From assembly GCA_965277285.1 (NCBI GenBank), contig OZ255721.1, positions 3,744,001-3,808,000 of the forward strand: a stretch of DNA of 64,000 nucleotides. The letters are read 5' to 3'. A program made the position numbers and the translations under genes. Source of the stretch: Abditibacteriaceae bacterium. Its GTDB lineage: Bacteria > Armatimonadota > Abditibacteriia > Abditibacteriales > Abditibacteriaceae. The notes beneath the pieces were generated by a model. That model did not search any database, had not been told where the DNA came from, and saw only the letters and a program-made list of their open reading frames with translations. Below are positions 56,166 to 64,000 of this stretch, piece after piece; position 1 is the first letter of the stretch; every line of letters starts with the position of its first letter.

Positions 56166-57185
56166 ATGCGACCCATTCTTTTCATTCTTCCCCAATTATC
56201 GCGCGGCGCGTTGTGGCCTTTGATGACCGCGACGATTGCTTTCGCGTTGTTCTTCGCGTGGCGCACGACGCAGTTTTCTGCCGCGACCTCAAATGCTTCA
56301 TCGAGTACTCGAAATGTCGCTGCGTCCGACGAAGCTTCCAATGCGCTGCTGGCGCCGCTGGGAATGGGCGTTTTGATAGCGAGTTTTCTGTGGATTTGGA
56401 GCCGCAACGCGATCACGCTGCACTCTTACGGTTTGATGCTCGTCATCGGTTTTGGCGTGGCGACGTGGTTGTCCTGCAAAGAAGCGACGCGGCGTGGTAT
56501 CAATCCCAACATCATTCTCGATTTGGCGTTGCCGCTTTTGTTCGTCAGCGTGCTGTTTTGTCGCATTCTTTACATTTTGCTCAACCACAATCAGTTTCAT
56601 TCCGTGGGCGCGATGGTGCGCATTTGGGACGGCGGCTTGAGTTTTCATGGAAGCCTGGTCGCGGCGCCGCTTGTCGTCTGGTATTATGCGCGAAAGAACA
56701 ATCTGGGGTTTGGACAATTGACCGATTGCATTGCCAGCACCGCCTTTATCGGTTATTCGATTGGGCGCATCGGTTGTCTTTTGAACGGTTGTTGTTACGG
56801 TGGCGTGTGCGATTTGCCGTGGGCGATGCGTTTTCCCGACGAACACAACCGCGCGATTTTGACGCCGCCATCGCACCCAGCGCAATTGTATTCCAGCTTT
56901 ATGGCGCTGGGATTGTTCTTCCTGATGCAGCGCTTGAAAGATAAGCCGCAATGGAATCGCTTTTCCGGCCAGTTGACGCTGTTGTTCTTTGCTTTCTATG
57001 CGGTCGAGCGTTTCGTGATGGAAATCTTCCGCAACGGAGCGACAGCGAACCCGATCTTCGGCATTCCGTGGCTGACGCAAGCGCAATTCGCTTCGATTTT
57101 GGGCTTGATCGCTATCGCCGCGTTGTGGTCGTTTCTTTCGCGTCGCCCGAACTCGAATCATCAATCGCTTACTACAGCTCACTAA
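56166..57185 (+). CDS. lgt: Prolipoprotein diacylglyceryl transferase
   Basis: MRPILF, SYG, GGLSFHG, GRIGCLLNGCCYG, HPAQLY, RF..E.FR. Confidence 0.93.
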   Translation: MRPILFILPQLSRGALWPLMTATIAFALFFAWRTTQFSAATSNASSSTRNVAASDEASNALLAPLGMGVLIASFLWIWSRNAITLHSYGLMLVIGFGVATWLSCKEATRRGINPNIILDLALPLLFVSVLFCRILYILLNHNQFHSVGAMVRIWDGGLSFHGSLVAAPLVVWYYARKNNLGFGQLTDCIASTAFIGYSIGRIGCLLNGCCYGGVCDLPWAMRFPDEHNRAILTPPSHPAQLYSSFMALGLFFLMQRLKDKPQWNRFSGQLTLLFFAFYAVERFVMEIFRNGATANPIFGIPWLTQAQFASILGLIAIAALWSFLSRRPNSNHQSLTTAH

Positions 57186-57188
57186 TTT

Positions 57189-57827
57189 ATGTTTCCGCCA
57201 GTTGAAAGCGCCGATGAAGACGGACTGCTCGCCATCGGCGGCGATTTGTCGGTCGCAACGTTGACAACGGCTTATCACAGCGGCATTTTTCCGTGGCCGA
57301 TTGAAGATTGTCCGACGTTGTGGTTCGCGCCGCCCGAACGTTGCGTTCTTTTTTTGGACGAATTTCACATCCCGAAACGCTTGCGACGCGACTTGAAAAA
57401 CAGCGCTTTCGAGTACTCGATTGACCGCGCTTTCGCCTCGGTTATCCAGAGCTGCGCCGCACCACGCGCTTACGAAGAACGAACCTGGATTCTGCCGCAA
57501 ATGCAGCGCGCTTATTGTCGCTTGCACAACGCCGGACACGCGCATAGCATCGAAGTTTGGCAAAATGGCGAACTTGTCGGTGGGCTTTACGGCGTTTCGT
57601 GGAACGGCTATTTTTGCGGCGAATCAATGTTCCATCGCGTTACCAATGCGTCCAAAGCGGCCTTGATATCTTTGGTCGGACATTTGCGCAAGTGCGGCGC
57701 GACCTGGCTCGATGTTCAAATGCCGACACCTTTATTTGAAAGTTTCGGCGCCCGTTCTGTTCCACGCGACGAGTTTGTGACGTTGTTAAATGAGGCGTTA
57801 ACACAAGACTTTTCTCTTTTCGCATGA
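57189..57827 (+). CDS. aat: Leucyl/phenylalanyl-tRNA--protein transferase
   Basis: GLLAIGGDL, AY..GIFPW, AHSIEVW, LVGGLYG, GESMF, ASK. Confidence 0.95.
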   Translation: MFPPVESADEDGLLAIGGDLSVATLTTAYHSGIFPWPIEDCPTLWFAPPERCVLFLDEFHIPKRLRRDLKNSAFEYSIDRAFASVIQSCAAPRAYEERTWILPQMQRAYCRLHNAGHAHSIEVWQNGELVGGLYGVSWNGYFCGESMFHRVTNASKAALISLVGHLRKCGATWLDVQMPTPLFESFGARSVPRDEFVTLLNEALTQDFSLFA

Positions 57828-58384
57828 CACATGAATTACAGTTTCGCGTGGCCAGAACGAGCGACATTGACGGCGTTCTGGAACTTCAAAACGCCAATTT
57901 GTATGCGCATCTGGCCGCCGAAGAACGCAGTGGCGGGTTTGTGACAACGCCGTTTTCGAGCGAGCAATTGCAATTATGGATGAGCGAGAACGGCGCTTTC
58001 ATCGCGGAAAATGCGAGCGGTCTCGTCGCCTACGCGCTGGCTGGAAGTTGGAATCTTTACGCGCAATGGCCAATTTTTCCGTTTATGATCGCGCGTTTGG
58101 AACGAGAAATCTGGCGCGGAAAATCTTTGCGATCAAGTGAAACGTTTCAATACGGGCCGGTTTGCATCGCGCGCGAATGGCGTGGAAAAGATATTTTGCC
58201 GCGCCTGTTCACAGTTTTGAAGGAAAATTTCGCGCCACGTTTCGCTGTCGGATTGAGCTTTATTAACCAGCAAAACGTGCGTTCTCTGGCGGCGCATCGC
58301 AAATTGGGAATGGAAATCGTCGATGAATTCGCATTCAACGAACGTCTTTATTTCACGCTGGCTTTTGAGACAAGCGACGCTTAA
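57824..58384 (+). CDS. GNAT family acetyltransferase
   Basis: GFVTT, YGPVCI...RGK, N.RSL.AH.KLG. Confidence 0.8.
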   Translation: MTHELQFRVARTSDIDGVLELQNANLYAHLAAEERSGGFVTTPFSSEQLQLWMSENGAFIAENASGLVAYALAGSWNLYAQWPIFPFMIARLEREIWRGKSLRSSETFQYGPVCIAREWRGKDILPRLFTVLKENFAPRFAVGLSFINQQNVRSLAAHRKLGMEIVDEFAFNERLYFTLAFETSDA

Positions 58385-58409
58385 ATGCGTTATCGAGTAC
58401 TCGAATCGT

Positions 58410-59219
58410 ATGACTTTCAACCTTCCGCCGAAAAGCAAAATCACGCGACGACGCAAAATTGTGCGCGGCGCTTTGTGGATGGCGAGCGCGTGGCTGCTGG
58501 CGATGGGCTTGCGCGCGGCGTTAATTGTATTTCACGGCGTTCGTATCGCGCGACAAAGCGCCACTTTTCCGCGCGATTATTTTGTCGGCGAAGCGCAAAA
58601 TCGTCTTTATACGGTTCTGGTATTTGGCGACAGCACAGCGGCGGGTTGGGGCGCAGAGAATGTGAAGGGAACTTTCGCTTACAAAATCGCCGAAGCGATT
58701 GCAGCGCGTAATTTTCGCGTGCGCGTCGTCAGTGTTGCGGTTGGCGGCGCGCGCTTGAAAGATGTGCTGAACCATCAAATTGGCAGTCTGAAAAGCGTGC
58801 AGCCGCAGCTTGTCGTGGTCAGCATCGGCGCGAACGATGCGACACATGGCACCAGCGAAATCGAGTACTCGAATGGCTTAAAAACGTTGTTTTCGCGGCT
58901 GCAAAAGTGTTCGGCGCAAACTCTTCTGGTCGCTAACACGCCCGATTTGTCGCGTGATCCGGCTTTGCCGTGGCTTTTTGCGCGCGTTTCCAACAAGCGT
59001 GCGCAACGCCAGAACCAACAATTAAATGCGGTTTTGCCAACTGTGAACGAGCAGGGCACGCCCATCAATGTTATTGATTTATACAACGACGGCAAATTGG
59101 TGCATCGCCGCGACGACGATCAATACGCTGAAGATTTATTTCATCCTTCGGCGTCTGGCTATGAAGTGTGGGCGCAGCTTTTTATAGCACAGTGGGGGAA
59201 GTCGCGCGGTTTGCGGTGA
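58410..59219 (+). CDS. SGNH/GDSL hydrolase with N-terminal membrane anchor
   Basis: FGDSTAAG, IGAND, DLFHPS..GY. Confidence 0.9.
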   Translation: MTFNLPPKSKITRRRKIVRGALWMASAWLLAMGLRAALIVFHGVRIARQSATFPRDYFVGEAQNRLYTVLVFGDSTAAGWGAENVKGTFAYKIAEAIAARNFRVRVVSVAVGGARLKDVLNHQIGSLKSVQPQLVVVSIGANDATHGTSEIEYSNGLKTLFSRLQKCSAQTLLVANTPDLSRDPALPWLFARVSNKRAQRQNQQLNAVLPTVNEQGTPINVIDLYNDGKLVHRRDDDQYAEDLFHPSASGYEVWAQLFIAQWGKSRGLR

Positions 59220-59235
59220 AAGTTCCTTTCCTAAA

Positions 59236-59275
59236 CCCCATCCCCGGCCTTTCCCCTTAAACAAAGGGACGGGAG
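59236..59275. repeat. CCCC..CCCCGGCCTTTCCCC..GGGA-type intergenic repeat/hairpin
   Basis: CCCCATCCCCGGCCTTTCCCCTTAAACAAAGGGACGGGAG; single copy in the window. Confidence 0.45.
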
Positions 59276-59403
59276 ACTGCAGTTCTTTGCAAGGGAATGA
59301 GAATAGTTGCAGGAACTGAATTTTCGGAAGGAACGAGGCCTTGCAGTTCTTAGACGCTGTTTTGGAAGTCAGAAAAAGCTGCTGCAAAGACAAGAAAGTA
59401 TAA

Positions 59404-59474
59404 GTTTGTTATTCTGAGCAAAGCGAAGAATCTAACATTACGCCAGATTCTTCGCTTCGCTCAGAATGACAAAC
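59404..59474. repeat. GTCATTCTGAGCGAAGCGAAGAATCT-type inverted repeat
   Basis: 30-bp arms 59404-59433 and 59445-59474 with two mismatches, between convergent genes. Confidence 0.8.
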
Positions 59475-59538
59475 CCACAGTCTCGAGCGTTTTTGCACCT
59501 TTTTCGGCTTCCGAAACAGCGTCTTAGCAAGTTCATTT

Positions 59539-60318
59539 CTATCGATAAGTGTTGCGCCACGCGACAATGCCTTGCGCCAAGGCGTTCGCCATTTTCTTTT
59601 GTCCCGCAGCCGAGCCGATAAAACGCGCGTCGCTGCGTTTGTTGATGAAGCACATTTCGATGAGTGCGGTCGGCACGCGCGCGAAAATGCTTCCTGTCAA
59701 AACGCCGCCCTGATTGCCGCCAACGCCCGTCGCCGCATCAGTTTTAATCGGATTTGGCGCGAGACTTCCTCGCAAAAGTGGAATCATCGCGCCGTTCATG
59801 GTTTGAGCGGCGGCACGACTAAGGATTTGCACATCGCGCGGCGGGCCATAAACGCCATATTTGCGCGCGGCGCGGTCGGGATAATACCAGGTGAAACCGC
59901 GACCGCCACCTTCATCGCAGTGCAATCGAATAAAAATCGCGCACGGTACGCCATATTGATTCGCGCCATTGGCGATTTCGGCGCGCCGCATATTCGTCAC
60001 GCGTTGATGCAGGCTTGCTTTGGTCATCACCCACGGAATGCGCAAATCGTTCAAGCGACTGGCCAAACGTTGCGCGACCTGCCAGTTCAAGGTGTTTTCG
60101 ACCAAGCCATTCGCCGCCGCGCCTTCGGAAGTTTCGCTGGGATGCCCGGGATCGATGCAAACTAAAAATGGTCGCGCATCGTTGCCTGGCACGACTTCGT
60201 TGCGACGCACTTCGCGTTGCGCACTTTGACGTTGCGAACGCTTCGCTTCCGCAGTTTGAGTACTCGATGCACAAAAAACCGCGCCAAGCACGGCGCAAAC
60301 AGGGATAATCTTTTTCAT
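59539..60318 (-). CDS. N-acetylmuramoyl-L-alanine amidase (Amidase_3)
   Basis: Signal peptide, IDPGH, E...N, R.EIAN, RLHCD, LIEMCFI. Confidence 0.88.
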   Translation of the reverse strand: MKKIIPVCAVLGAVFCASSTQTAEAKRSQRQSAQREVRRNEVVPGNDARPFLVCIDPGHPSETSEGAAANGLVENTLNWQVAQRLASRLNDLRIPWVMTKASLHQRVTNMRRAEIANGANQYGVPCAIFIRLHCDEGGGRGFTWYYPDRAARKYGVYGPPRDVQILSRAAAQTMNGAMIPLLRGSLAPNPIKTDAATGVGGNQGGVLTGSIFARVPTALIEMCFINKRSDARFIGSAAGQKKMANALAQGIVAWRNTYR

Positions 60319-61279
60319 GCCCGAAAGTGTAACGCACGAATGGATCGTTGAAACCAATAACGCCAATCAAAGACTGGACGTTTTCCTCGCCGCGCAACTT
60401 CACGTTTCTCGCGGTCGCGCCCAAAAGATGGTCGAAACTGCAACCGTCAACGACGCGCCCGCCAAAGCCTCGCAAACCTTGAAAGTCGGAGATAAAATAG
60501 CCGTAACAGAAATTGACGTGCCTCCCGAACTCATTCTTCATCCTTCATCCTTGATCCCTTCTGTCCTGCCGCCAATTCTTTATGAAGACGACGACGTGAT
60601 CGTTTTGAATAAGACGCGCGACCTCGTGGTTCACAAAGGCGCGGGCGAAAATGGCGCGACTTTGGTGGACGTTTTGCGCGCGTACGGGCGAACTTTGTCG
60701 AACGTCGGGCCAGCCGAGCGTAACGGCATCGTACATCGTTTGGACAAAGACACGACCGGCGTCATTGTGGTTTGCAAAACCGACGCGGCGCACTGGAAAT
60801 TGGCGGACGATTTCGCCGAACGTCGCGTGCAGAAGAATTATTTGGCGCTGGTTTGTAGCGTTCCGCCCAAGCTGGGACGAGTGGAAGCGCCGATTGCGCG
60901 TTCAGTGCGCGACCGCAAGAAAATGGCGGTCGCGCATGATGGCAAACCTGCCATTACCGAGTACTCGATTGTGCAAAGTTGGCAAAAATTCGCGCTACTC
61001 GATGTCAATTTATTGACTGGAAGAACACACCAGATTCGCGTGCATCTGAGTTACATCAACCATCCCGTTGTCGGCGATGCAACTTACGCCGGAGCCAAAC
61101 GCGCGCTGGAAATGGCGCAAACCGAAGACGTTCGGGTTGCAATTTCTCAACTGAAAGGTCAGGCGCTGCACGCCGCGAAGTTGCAATTTACGCATCCGAT
61201 CAGCGGCGAAACGATGACGTTTGAAGCGCCGTTGCCGGAAGACTTTGGGCGAGTAATTAAAGCGTTGAATTTCTTGTGA
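60317..61279 (+). CDS. rluD: RluA/RluD family pseudouridine synthase
   Basis: S4 domain (RLDVFL), ILYEDD, VHRLDKDTTG, TGRTHQIRVH, QALHA. Confidence 0.9.
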   Translation: MPESVTHEWIVETNNANQRLDVFLAAQLHVSRGRAQKMVETATVNDAPAKASQTLKVGDKIAVTEIDVPPELILHPSSLIPSVLPPILYEDDDVIVLNKTRDLVVHKGAGENGATLVDVLRAYGRTLSNVGPAERNGIVHRLDKDTTGVIVVCKTDAAHWKLADDFAERRVQKNYLALVCSVPPKLGRVEAPIARSVRDRKKMAVAHDGKPAITEYSIVQSWQKFALLDVNLLTGRTHQIRVHLSYINHPVVGDATYAGAKRALEMAQTEDVRVAISQLKGQALHAAKLQFTHPISGETMTFEAPLPEDFGRVIKALNFL

Positions 61280-61298
61280 TGGGTGGTTATCGACAACA

Positions 61299-61361
61299 GG
61301 GCTACCACAAGGGTTGCCCCTGCGATTGCGCCGACGTAGGGGCAACCCTTGTGGTTGCCCG
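61299..61361. repeat. GTAG-type REP doublet upstream of the transposase
   Basis: GGGCTACCACAAGGGTTGCCCCTGC-GATTGCGCCGAC-GTAGGGGCAACCCTTGTGGTTGCCCG. Confidence 0.9.
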
Positions 61362-61420
61362 TTTCATCGTTTGCCCGTTTTGCATCCTGCGCTCGCCTTA
61401 GATGTAGATAAGAGGTTGCA

Positions 61421-61942
61421 ATGAATAATTCACGACATCGACGTTCTATCAGGCGGCATGGCTACGACTATGCGCAAGACGGCATCTATTTTGTGACTAT
61501 CTGCATCGAGAAGCGGCTGTCGTTGCTTGGAGAGTTTGCGGACGAACAATTGCGGTTAAACAAATGTGGAGAAATGGTAGAAACTTTATGGCTGGCGTTG
61601 CCATCGCGTTTTCCTCGCATCGCATTGGACGAGTATGTCGTCATGCCAAACCACTTTCATGGAGTTGTCGTTTTTCACGCGCCAACAATCACAAACGGGG
61701 CAACCACAAAGGTTGTCCCTACTATTGGCGATGTCGTGGGCGCGTGGAAATCACTGACGACCAATGCCTACATACAAGGTGTTGAAGATTTTGGATGGCC
61801 AAATTTTCCAAAGCGTTTGTGGCAACGAAATTATTATGAACACATTATACGCAGCGAGCGCGACCTTGACGCAATCCGCGAGTACATCCGTCTGAACCCG
61901 ACGTGTTGGGAAAAAGACGCAGAAAATCCACAACATACGTAG
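61421..61942 (+). mobile_element. REP-associated tyrosine transposase (IS200/IS605-related HUH Y1 family)
   Basis: RRSIR..GYDY, YFVTIC, VMPNHFH (HUH), WQRNYYEHIIR, YI..NP; REP copies on both sides and inside. Confidence 0.92.
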
Positions 61943-61964
61943 GGGTTAACCCTTGTGGTTACCC
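61939..61964 (+). repeat. GTAG-type REP whose TAG is the transposase stop codon
   Basis: GTAGGGGTTAACCCTTGTGGTTACCC. Confidence 0.85.
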
Positions 61965-62029
61965 TGATACCGTTGCCCCAACACCATTGCCCGAATTCTC
62001 TATCAGTACCTTGATCCACCCGTACCAAA

Positions 62030-63082
62030 ATGAACTTTCAAATCCTCGCTACCAAAGGCCAGGCGCGCGCCGGTCTTCTCACTTTGCCGCACGGAACCAT
62101 TGAAACGCCGGTTTTTATGCCAGTCGGCACGCTCGCCAATGTCAAAACCTTGATGCCCGCCGAAGTCGAAGCGACCGGCGCCAGCATCATTCTCAACAAC
62201 GCGTTTCACATTTATCTTCGCCCTGGCGCCGACATTATCCAAGCTGCTGGCGGACTGCATAATTTTCAAAACTGGCACAAGCCGATTTTGACTGACAGCG
62301 GCGGTTTTCAGGTTTTTTCTCTGGCGAAGCTGCGCAAAATCACCGATGAAGGCGTGCATTTTCAGTCGCCGATTGACGGCTCGAAACATTTTTTTACGCC
62401 CGAAAGCGTCATTCAACTGGAAGAAGTTTTGGGGCCGGACATCGCCATGATTTTGGACGACGTGATCGCGTTGCCCGCGACTTATGACCAAACCACCAAA
62501 GCGATGAGAAGAAGTGTGGCGTGGGCGAAACGTGCATCGAGTACTCGAACGCGCGCCGATCAAGCGGTTTTTGGCATCGTACAAGGTGGCTTGCACGAAG
62601 ATTTGCGCATCGAATCGGCGCAGTCCACAGTTGAAATCGGCTTCGATGGTTACGCGATTGGCGGTCTGAGCGTTGGCGAACCACCCGAAGAAATGTACCC
62701 GATGGTCGAAGTTTGCACGAATGTTTTGCCATCTGAAAAGCCGCGTTATTTGATGGGCGTCGGCACGCCGCGCGACTTGAAAGAAGCGGTGGCGCGCGGC
62801 GTCGATATGTTCGATTGCGTCCTGCCGACGCGACTCGCGCGCCACAACGTCGCCATCTTGGAAGACGAACAATTAAATATGTTGAACGCGCGCTTCAAAA
62901 CTGATTTCGCGCCGATTAGCGAAAGTTGTGGATGTCCGACCTGTCGCGGTTTTACGCGCGCTTACATTCATCACTTGTGCAAGTGCAAAGAAATTTTAGG
63001 CGCGCGCCTTTTGACCTTACATAACTTGACGTTTTATCAGGCGTTGATGCGGCGTTTGCGAACGGAGATTTTAGCGGGTTGA
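62030..63082 (+). CDS. tgt: Queuine tRNA-ribosyltransferase
   Basis: TPVFMPVGT, TDSGGFQVFSL, GIVQGG, PRYLMGVG, DMFDCVLPTR, C.C..C zinc site. Confidence 0.97.
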   Translation: MNFQILATKGQARAGLLTLPHGTIETPVFMPVGTLANVKTLMPAEVEATGASIILNNAFHIYLRPGADIIQAAGGLHNFQNWHKPILTDSGGFQVFSLAKLRKITDEGVHFQSPIDGSKHFFTPESVIQLEEVLGPDIAMILDDVIALPATYDQTTKAMRRSVAWAKRASSTRTRADQAVFGIVQGGLHEDLRIESAQSTVEIGFDGYAIGGLSVGEPPEEMYPMVEVCTNVLPSEKPRYLMGVGTPRDLKEAVARGVDMFDCVLPTRLARHNVAILEDEQLNMLNARFKTDFAPISESCGCPTCRGFTRAYIHHLCKCKEILGARLLTLHNLTFYQALMRRLRTEILAG

Positions 63083-63174
63083 ACAACGTTGAACAATCAA
63101 GAACGAATATCTATGCGGCAACGTTCAAGTCTGGCTCCCTTGCATTAATAACCCGTGGTGCGGGTCTACGCTGT

Positions 63175-63313
63175 GCCTGCGAGTGAACTCGCGGCTCGGC
63201 CCATTTTACGCGATAAAGTCGGCCTTGGCCGACTACAAATCGGAACTGTTCAGTCGGCGCAGGCCGACTTTGTCCTCCGCAGGAGGCCCAGCCTGCGAGT
63301 TCACTCGCAGGGC
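63175..63313. repeat. Composite inverted repeat with four nested hairpins (REPIN/MITE-like)
   Basis: CCTGCGAGTGAACTCGC..AAAGTCGGCCTTGGCCGACT mirrored by AGTCGGCGCAGGCCGACTTT..GCGAGTTCACTCGCAGG. Confidence 0.75.
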
Positions 63314-63376
63314 AGTTGCAACTATTTCGAGTACTCGATTTCCTGTTCTTGGCGTCGCTGCGCTTCAATTTTTAAG

Positions 63377-63406
63377 TTGACTTAAAGCGCTTCATCATCC
63401 TATAAT
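63377..63406 (+). promoter_or_regulatory. Sigma70-type promoter for ftsZ
   Basis: TTGACT-18 bp-TATAAT. Confidence 0.65.
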
Positions 63407-63459
63407 AGGTGGATTGATTTGGTCAAAATGTGTTGTTTGGATTTTCAGGAGTACTCGAC

Positions 63460-64000
63460 ATGGCACTGGGACGCGCGGGCGGATACGCGAGCATTAAAGT
63501 GATTGGCATTGGCGGCGGTGGCTCGAACGCTGTCAATCGTATGATAGAAGCCGGACTTTCGGGCGTTGATTTTATTACCGTCAACACCGACAAACAAGCG
63601 CTCGATCTTTCGGGCGCGCAAACCAAAATACAAATTGGCGCCGCTGTGACTGCCGGATTGGGCGCGGGCGGCAATCCCGAAATGGGGCATCGCAGCGCCG
63701 AAGAATCGCGCGATGAATTATCGGAAGCTGTCGCCAAAAGCGATCTCGTTTTTATTACGGCTGGTTTGGGCGGCGGAACCGGCACCGGCGCAGCGCCCGT
63801 TATTGCGGAAATTGCCAAGCAAAGCGGCGCTTTAACGGTCGCCATCGTGACGAAACCGTTTGGCTTTGAAGGCCATTCGCGCAAGACCAATGCTGACATC
63901 GGCGTCGAAAAACTGCGCAATTCGGTCGATACCTTCATCGTTTTGCCGAACGACAAATTGCTGGAAGTCCTCGAAAAGAAAACGCCGATTCGTCAGGCGT
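63460..64000 (+). CDS. ftsZ: Cell division protein FtsZ, 3' truncated by the window edge (absent from the ORF track)
   Basis: MALGRAGGYASIKVIGIGGGGSNAVNRM..NTDKQAL..GLGAGGNPE..AGLGGGTGTGAAP..VTKPFGFEG..PNDKL. Confidence 0.96.
   Translation, partial: MALGRAGGYASIKVIGIGGGGSNAVNRMIEAGLSGVDFITVNTDKQALDLSGAQTKIQIGAAVTAGLGAGGNPEMGHRSAEESRDELSEAVAKSDLVFITAGLGGGTGTGAAPVIAEIAKQSGALTVAIVTKPFGFEGHSRKTNADIGVEKLRNSVDTFIVLPNDKLLEVLEKKTPIRQA

Noticed and set aside
61421..61942. The RAYT transposase as the generator of the 12-bp motif
   Set aside because: Its associated repeats are the GTAG-type REPs, and no motif copy flanks or lies within it.
63111..63170. tmRNA-like tag peptide AREPDLNVAA-stop on the minus strand
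   Set aside because: No tRNA-like 5' GGGG..TTCGA or 3' T-arm/CCA domain can be found at suitable distances; the downstream region is tgt coding sequence.

Overview
Bacterial chromosomal window made mostly of housekeeping genes: a stand-alone 16S rRNA gene, recN, nadK, xseA-xseB-ispA-dxs, a solitary fusA, rdgB, hisS, a complete ctaA-ctaB-alternative complex III (actABCDEF, probable actG)-SCO-caa3 oxidase supercluster, ileS-lspA-lgt-aat, an RluD-like gene, a REP-associated tyrosine transposase, tgt and the 5' part of ftsZ. The divergent 16S tentatively suggests an Abditibacteriota/Armatimonadota-like organism (impression only, no search run). The dominant unexplained signal is a highly iterated palindrome, TCGAGTACTCGA (extended consensus WTCGAGTACTCGAW). 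By hand I count about 42 exact copies and about 21 one-mismatch copies in 64 kb, where roughly 0.004 exact copies are expected by chance. It lies inside conserved genes in all three frames (SSTR, EYS, RVL[DE]), forms the centre of 34-50 bp palindromes at gene ends, brackets accessory genes and is absent from the 16S gene. Several unrelated REP-like repeat families, some inside coding sequence, are also present. All counts and coordinates were read by eye and should be confirmed computationally.
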